A stretch of 64,000 nucleotides of DNA from contig OZ316775.1 of the NCBI GenBank assembly GCA_973851085.1, positions 4,092,001-4,156,000 on the forward strand, in the 5' to 3' direction. How positions within the stretch are numbered: the stretch's first letter is position 1; every line of letters begins with the position of its first letter. This document shows positions 59,301-64,000 of the stretch, in pieces. A program made the position numbers and the translations under genes. Below the pieces are notes generated by a model. It was not told where the DNA came from, made no database searches, and saw only the letters and a list, made by a program, of their open reading frames with translations. The stretch comes from Ptychomitrium polyphyllum (lineage: Eukaryota).

Positions 59301-60170
59301 GGTTTCATAGTTAGCATTGCAAAGAGTAGTTTTAAAGCTAACACCAAGGCTCTTGCTGAGAATGAAGGTGATGGACTGGCTAAGGTACGCTGCTGTTATG
59401 CTCCAGCTTAGTCATAGACTCTCTCATACGTCACTGGTTGCAGAAGATTTCAAGTTATTGTTCTCTGTCCAGATCAATCTTGCTGGAGTTTCCAAGCTGT
59501 TAGAACACAGTTTGTACGAATACATGAACATAGGGTTTAGATTCCGTTCGTATGACACGATAGAAATGTTAACCTTTCTTTTTTAGGCCATTGATTTGTT
59601 TCCTGGGCTAGTGCTAATTTACGCTACTTCTTGATTTTATGCAGTTGATCTATCGGCCAGATACCGGTGAAATTCTGGGTGTTCATATTCTTGGCCTCCA
59701 TGCTGCCGATCTCATTCATGAAGCTTCAAATGCCATAGCTATGGGCTCATCCATTAAAGTAAGTGCATGAATTTGTTTTTATTTAATCATGTTCGCTGCA
59801 TGGTTCTTGATGTATATTAGTTGAGAAGTTACAACTTCTTACCAGGTGCTCTTCCTTCTGCAGGAGATCAAATATGCTGTGCATGCCCATCCTACCTTGT
59901 CTGAAGTATTGGACGAGCTGTTTAAATCAGCCAAGGTAGTTCAATGATGTCCTTTTGGTACTTCGAAGTTTGGTGGAAATTTTTTTGTTTAGGCCTGAGT
60001 TTCAGCCTTTGAATGATTGAACTTTTGTTTATAATTTTTTTGTCGTAAATTTTTGCATCCGTCACCTAAAGTTCCTTCGTTGTTGCTTTGAGATATTGCA
60101 GCTTGACGAGGATCATGCGGCAGTGGGAACAGCGGAGACAAAGCAAGTAGTGGAAGCTCTGGTCGCCTAA
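56369..60170 (+). CDS. LPD: Plastid dihydrolipoyl dehydrogenase (E3), multi-exon
   Basis: Transit peptide; [82 protein letters not shown]; stop at 60168-60170. Confidence 0.95.
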
Positions 60171-61770
60171 TGATGCTGTTTCCGTCTGGTACTCGAGTGT
60201 TTCTACTTTGCTATTATCCTGTCAACGAGTATTTAATTTTCCGGTTGTCATGTGTATTTAGTGCACAATCTGGATTGTCGTACTATTTCTGCTCTTAGAT
60301 GAAACGAATATAGAAGAAAGAATAGCTTTAGTTTTTCCAACATCCATTAGCGAGCCAGTTCGTGTTGATCCTTGCTTAGTAAGGATATGGAATAGGTAGC
60401 CATTGAAAGATCTCTTATGAGTTCACTTCCTCAATATTCATTTGGAATGCCCTGATATGTGCATCAAGAGCCCGAGAACACTTTGTTCGAGGCTTATCAA
60501 TTTGTATTACTTCGTGAGGGTACTGTGAATCTACATCTGTGGATATCATAAATGCACTCGCTGCTGTTGTAGTCTGAGAAACGCCATTGAATCGAGACGC
60601 TACAGTCTCACTTCAGAGTCTACCACTAATGATTATCGCGTGTAACATATTGTAGTCGGAGCTTGACTTGGAAGCGGATGGCGAATAGATACTAGAAAGA
60701 CGGTAGGGTCCACGCACTAACGCCGGCTACAAAAATGTCAGTGATTACATCAGCTAACAGACTGACAGATGCCATCCGTACAGTCTGCCGTGGCATTCAC
60801 AAAGAGGTCCAGGGTCTAAAATATGTTCAACAATTACAGAAAAACTGTAAGAAGCACCTCTCTTCCATCTTGCAGATTTCCCGCAAACCTGCCCATTTGG
60901 TTTGTCTGCGTGTTAAGTGTCATTCTCACAATACTTTTAGAGGCATCCCAACGACAACAGTAGAGCCAAACCTGTGGTCAGTAGGCTTTACATAGAGTTG
61001 TCAGTACATAGGAGGAAGCTTACTGGCAGCACCTCAAATTAGATTCCTTCAGATGTTGCTAACCAGATGTCTTGTTGTGCTGCGAAGAGCCACCTGCGCC
61101 TTTTAGGGGATGCATTCTGAGGGGTGAGTGTGCATGAATGCTGCAAAAGATAGGGAAAGTTTCAACCAGGTGTCATGGTGTTAACTCGTTTTAGCTCGCT
61201 TCACCCGAGGCCATACAGCACCGGGTCACTCTGAAGATCATGTCGCTTTTGTGAGAGTTTTGTAATATTACGGCGACGTCAAGGCGAACTAGCTTCTCGC
61301 CTAAACGTTACAGGAATGTCCATAGGACGATTAGAAATAGGTGTTTATTTTGGTCAGGACTAAATCCATCATACCTGGTTTTCTGCAAGTTGAATTCCTA
61401 GCATGAAATCTTTGTCCAGATTTGCCTGTCAATATTGTGAGTTTTGTGAGGAAGCCATCAGAGATCGATGATTACTCATAGAAGCTCACAAATTTTCACA
61501 CTTCAGTTACTATCAAGGTTCCTAACCTGGCACACACAAGTTTTCAGGATCGAAGGTAGTAGATCATCTGGTTGTAGGCGTCATTTAGATTCTGGTCGGT
61601 ACGTAGTCCTGAAATTACTCTTTGGTGAAGACAGGGAGACTGAATGATTTTCGGATTTTTGCAGCTGAGTTGAGACTTTTCACTGAAAATACCTGATTTG
61701 GCAGAGATTGCTTTTCCAGTATCAGATTTCTGTTGAATATTTTGTCAAGCAACGAAGAGCTGGTGTAATA

Positions 61771-63608
61771 ATGAGTCTTCCTGGTTATGCATACATATTG
61801 ATAGTCGTCTGTGCACTTGTGGTCATTGGAGTGCTCGCACTTGCTGTGCTTGCATGCCTCGGAGTGCGGTGGTGCTTGAGGTTCACCAAAAAGCCAAAAA
61901 AACAACCATACGCAGTTCCACCTGGGTTTTCCCTTCAGAGACTGGAAACCATCAGAATAGACCCACCGGAGGCGAGTGCTCAGATTGCAGCCGAGAATGC
62001 TTTTCTGGATGCCTTGCCCGGACTTCCTCCCAGGTTTGCAATTCCCCTGTCCTCGGGACTTCGCAAGTTGGTTTTCTACTTGCACAATTGAATACTATTC
62101 TATGATTTAGCACGGATAAGTCCAATACAGAGTGAGTCAATTGATGCCAAAAATGATGTTCTTTTGTCGTTTCATTGATTCTTATTACATATTCTATGCT
62201 GCTTGTATCATTCAATAGGTACACTTACCGTGACTTGCTCATTGCAACCGATGACTTCAAATACATTCTGGGAGAAGGAGGGTCAGGCCAAGTGTACCGA
62301 GGAATCTTGCCCGGTGGTGTCAACGTGGCGGTGAAAAGGCTGCAGAGCGCCAATCAAGGAGACAAGGAATTCCGCACCGAAGTTGCCACTATCGGCAACA
62401 TCCATCACATCAATCTCGTTCGACTACGAGGGTTTTGCCTTGAAGGAGCTCACCGACTTCTGGTGTATGAGTACATGGTCGGTAACACAAGTTCGTCTTC
62501 ACAGCTCATCGCAAGCCCTTCAGATGTTGATGTTCTCAGGGATCAAATTTATTGCTATTTATTTGTTGCTAAACTCTTTACACTTTGTTGGTGGAAACAG
62601 GTGAATGGCTCCCTGGATCAGTGGCTGTTCAAGGACGACCCCAAAGCCACGAAATTTCTCAATTGGCCAACTCGTTTCAACATTGCAATGGGAACGGCGA
62701 AAGGATTGGCTTACCTTCATCACGATTGCCAGGAGCGGATTGTGCACTTGGACATCAAGCCCCAGAACATTTTGTTGGATGATATGTTCAGTGCGAAGGT
62801 CTCAGATTTCGGCCTCGCGAAGCTGATGAGCCGGTCGGACACCAGCCAGGTAAAAATCATGATTAGGGCTTGGCAGATATCGATGATCATCTTCTTCATC
62901 CTTGAAGTCACTGGTGATCCAACCTAACATGGTTGCTGGGGTTTGCAGGTGGTGACCCAAATGCGGGGGACGCCAGGGTACCTGGCTCCAGAATGGCTCA
63001 TCTTCTCGGCGGTTACTGACAAGAGTGACGTGTACAGTTACGGCATGGTGCTCCTTGAGATTCTTAGTGGCCGCAGGAATGTCAGCCCCGAGGAGAGTGA
63101 TGTGGAGAAGCAGTATTTTCCCAAGTGGGCTTGCAGAAAAATTGAGGAAGGGAGCAGGGTGGCTGAGATTATTGATCCGGGGCTCGGTCCGTTGAGTGAG
63201 TTAGATTTGCAGCAAGCAGATCGGGTGCTCCGAGTGGCCATGGTCTGCATTCAGGTAGTAATTCTCCCGCATCACTCTAATATTCGAAGGCGATTGCTAA
63301 TCTGGAGCTTTTGTGGTGTAACCCTTATCCGCCCGGGTTCAAGGTTCGTGTACTCACATTATGTTTCTTGTGAATGAATGCAGGAGGACATGCTGGCAAG
63401 GCCATCGATGCCCATGGTGGTGCAAATGCTGGAAGGCGTGATTCAGATCCCACTGCCGCCTCCGTTACCCATGCAATTCGCTCTCAACACACAGTTTGCT
63501 CGGATACTGGACCTCAACACGCAGTCTGCGATGGAGTTTTCAGACATCCACATTTTATCGGAAGCTAACTCCGCAGTAGCCTCACAAACGTTCGCTGCTC
63601 CAAGATAA
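61771..63608 (+). CDS. Receptor-like kinase with an SD-2b-type kinase domain, N-terminal TM anchor and no ectodomain
   Basis: [30 protein letters not shown] then basic stop-transfer; [83 protein letters not shown]. Confidence 0.9.
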
Positions 63609-64000
63609 CACTGAGTACCAACTAGTAGACTTGTACAGATACAAAGACCCTTGCAACTTAGAAATGTGGAATATTTTGTGCAGTCAGGTGCAGATTCTCC
63701 CCTTCAGATTCCTACCATGTCGTAAACCTTATCCGCCCGGGTTCAACTTTGTGAGCTTGCTCGTTAAAGAAAGCTTGCTGGTTGATTGGTTGTGTCAGCG
63801 TCACAGCCGATGCGGCTCTGCAGACCTCACCGGAGATCGACTGTTCCGAAAGCAGAAGACGAACCAGTTGATGATCAGTGGTCCAGCGTACAGAAATGGA
63901 CACTTGATGGATCAGGTGAGCTGTAATCTGAAATGAGAGGCTGCTCAGTAGGTGGACATAGCATTTCTCTCATGAAGAGTTTCGTTTGAGAATGAAGGTT

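Overview
Eukaryotic, intron-rich land-plant nuclear DNA. Gene style suggests a moss, but that is inference. There are no prokaryotic features or CRISPR array. In order, the window holds: two tandem plastid-targeted group-3 LEA genes; an AT-rich degenerate island (~3.9-8.7 kb); a small 'RPL18a-like' membrane-protein gene; MCM9 head-to-head with a probable kinetochore DSN1 gene; ICMT/STE14; a synaptotagmin (SMP-C2-C2); a PLD3/PLDZ-type phospholipase D; a second AT-rich island (~35.6-38.6 kb); an intronless kinase with DFE in place of DFG, plus a relic of its tandem paralog; a SINA E3 ligase; a perfect 17x17-bp minisatellite; TOM5; an isopentenyl-phosphate-kinase pseudogene; tRNA-Asn(GTT); plastid dihydrolipoyl dehydrogenase; and an SD-2b-like receptor kinase with no ectodomain. 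I found no clear new multi-gene system. The most unusual signals are: LEA copies near-identical exactly from start to stop codon (intron included) with diverged flanks; two probable U12 introns and one GC-AG intron; small spliced genes missing or fragmented in the ORF track (TOM5, DSN1); and a ~135-nt fold-back. Exon boundaries were worked out by eye.
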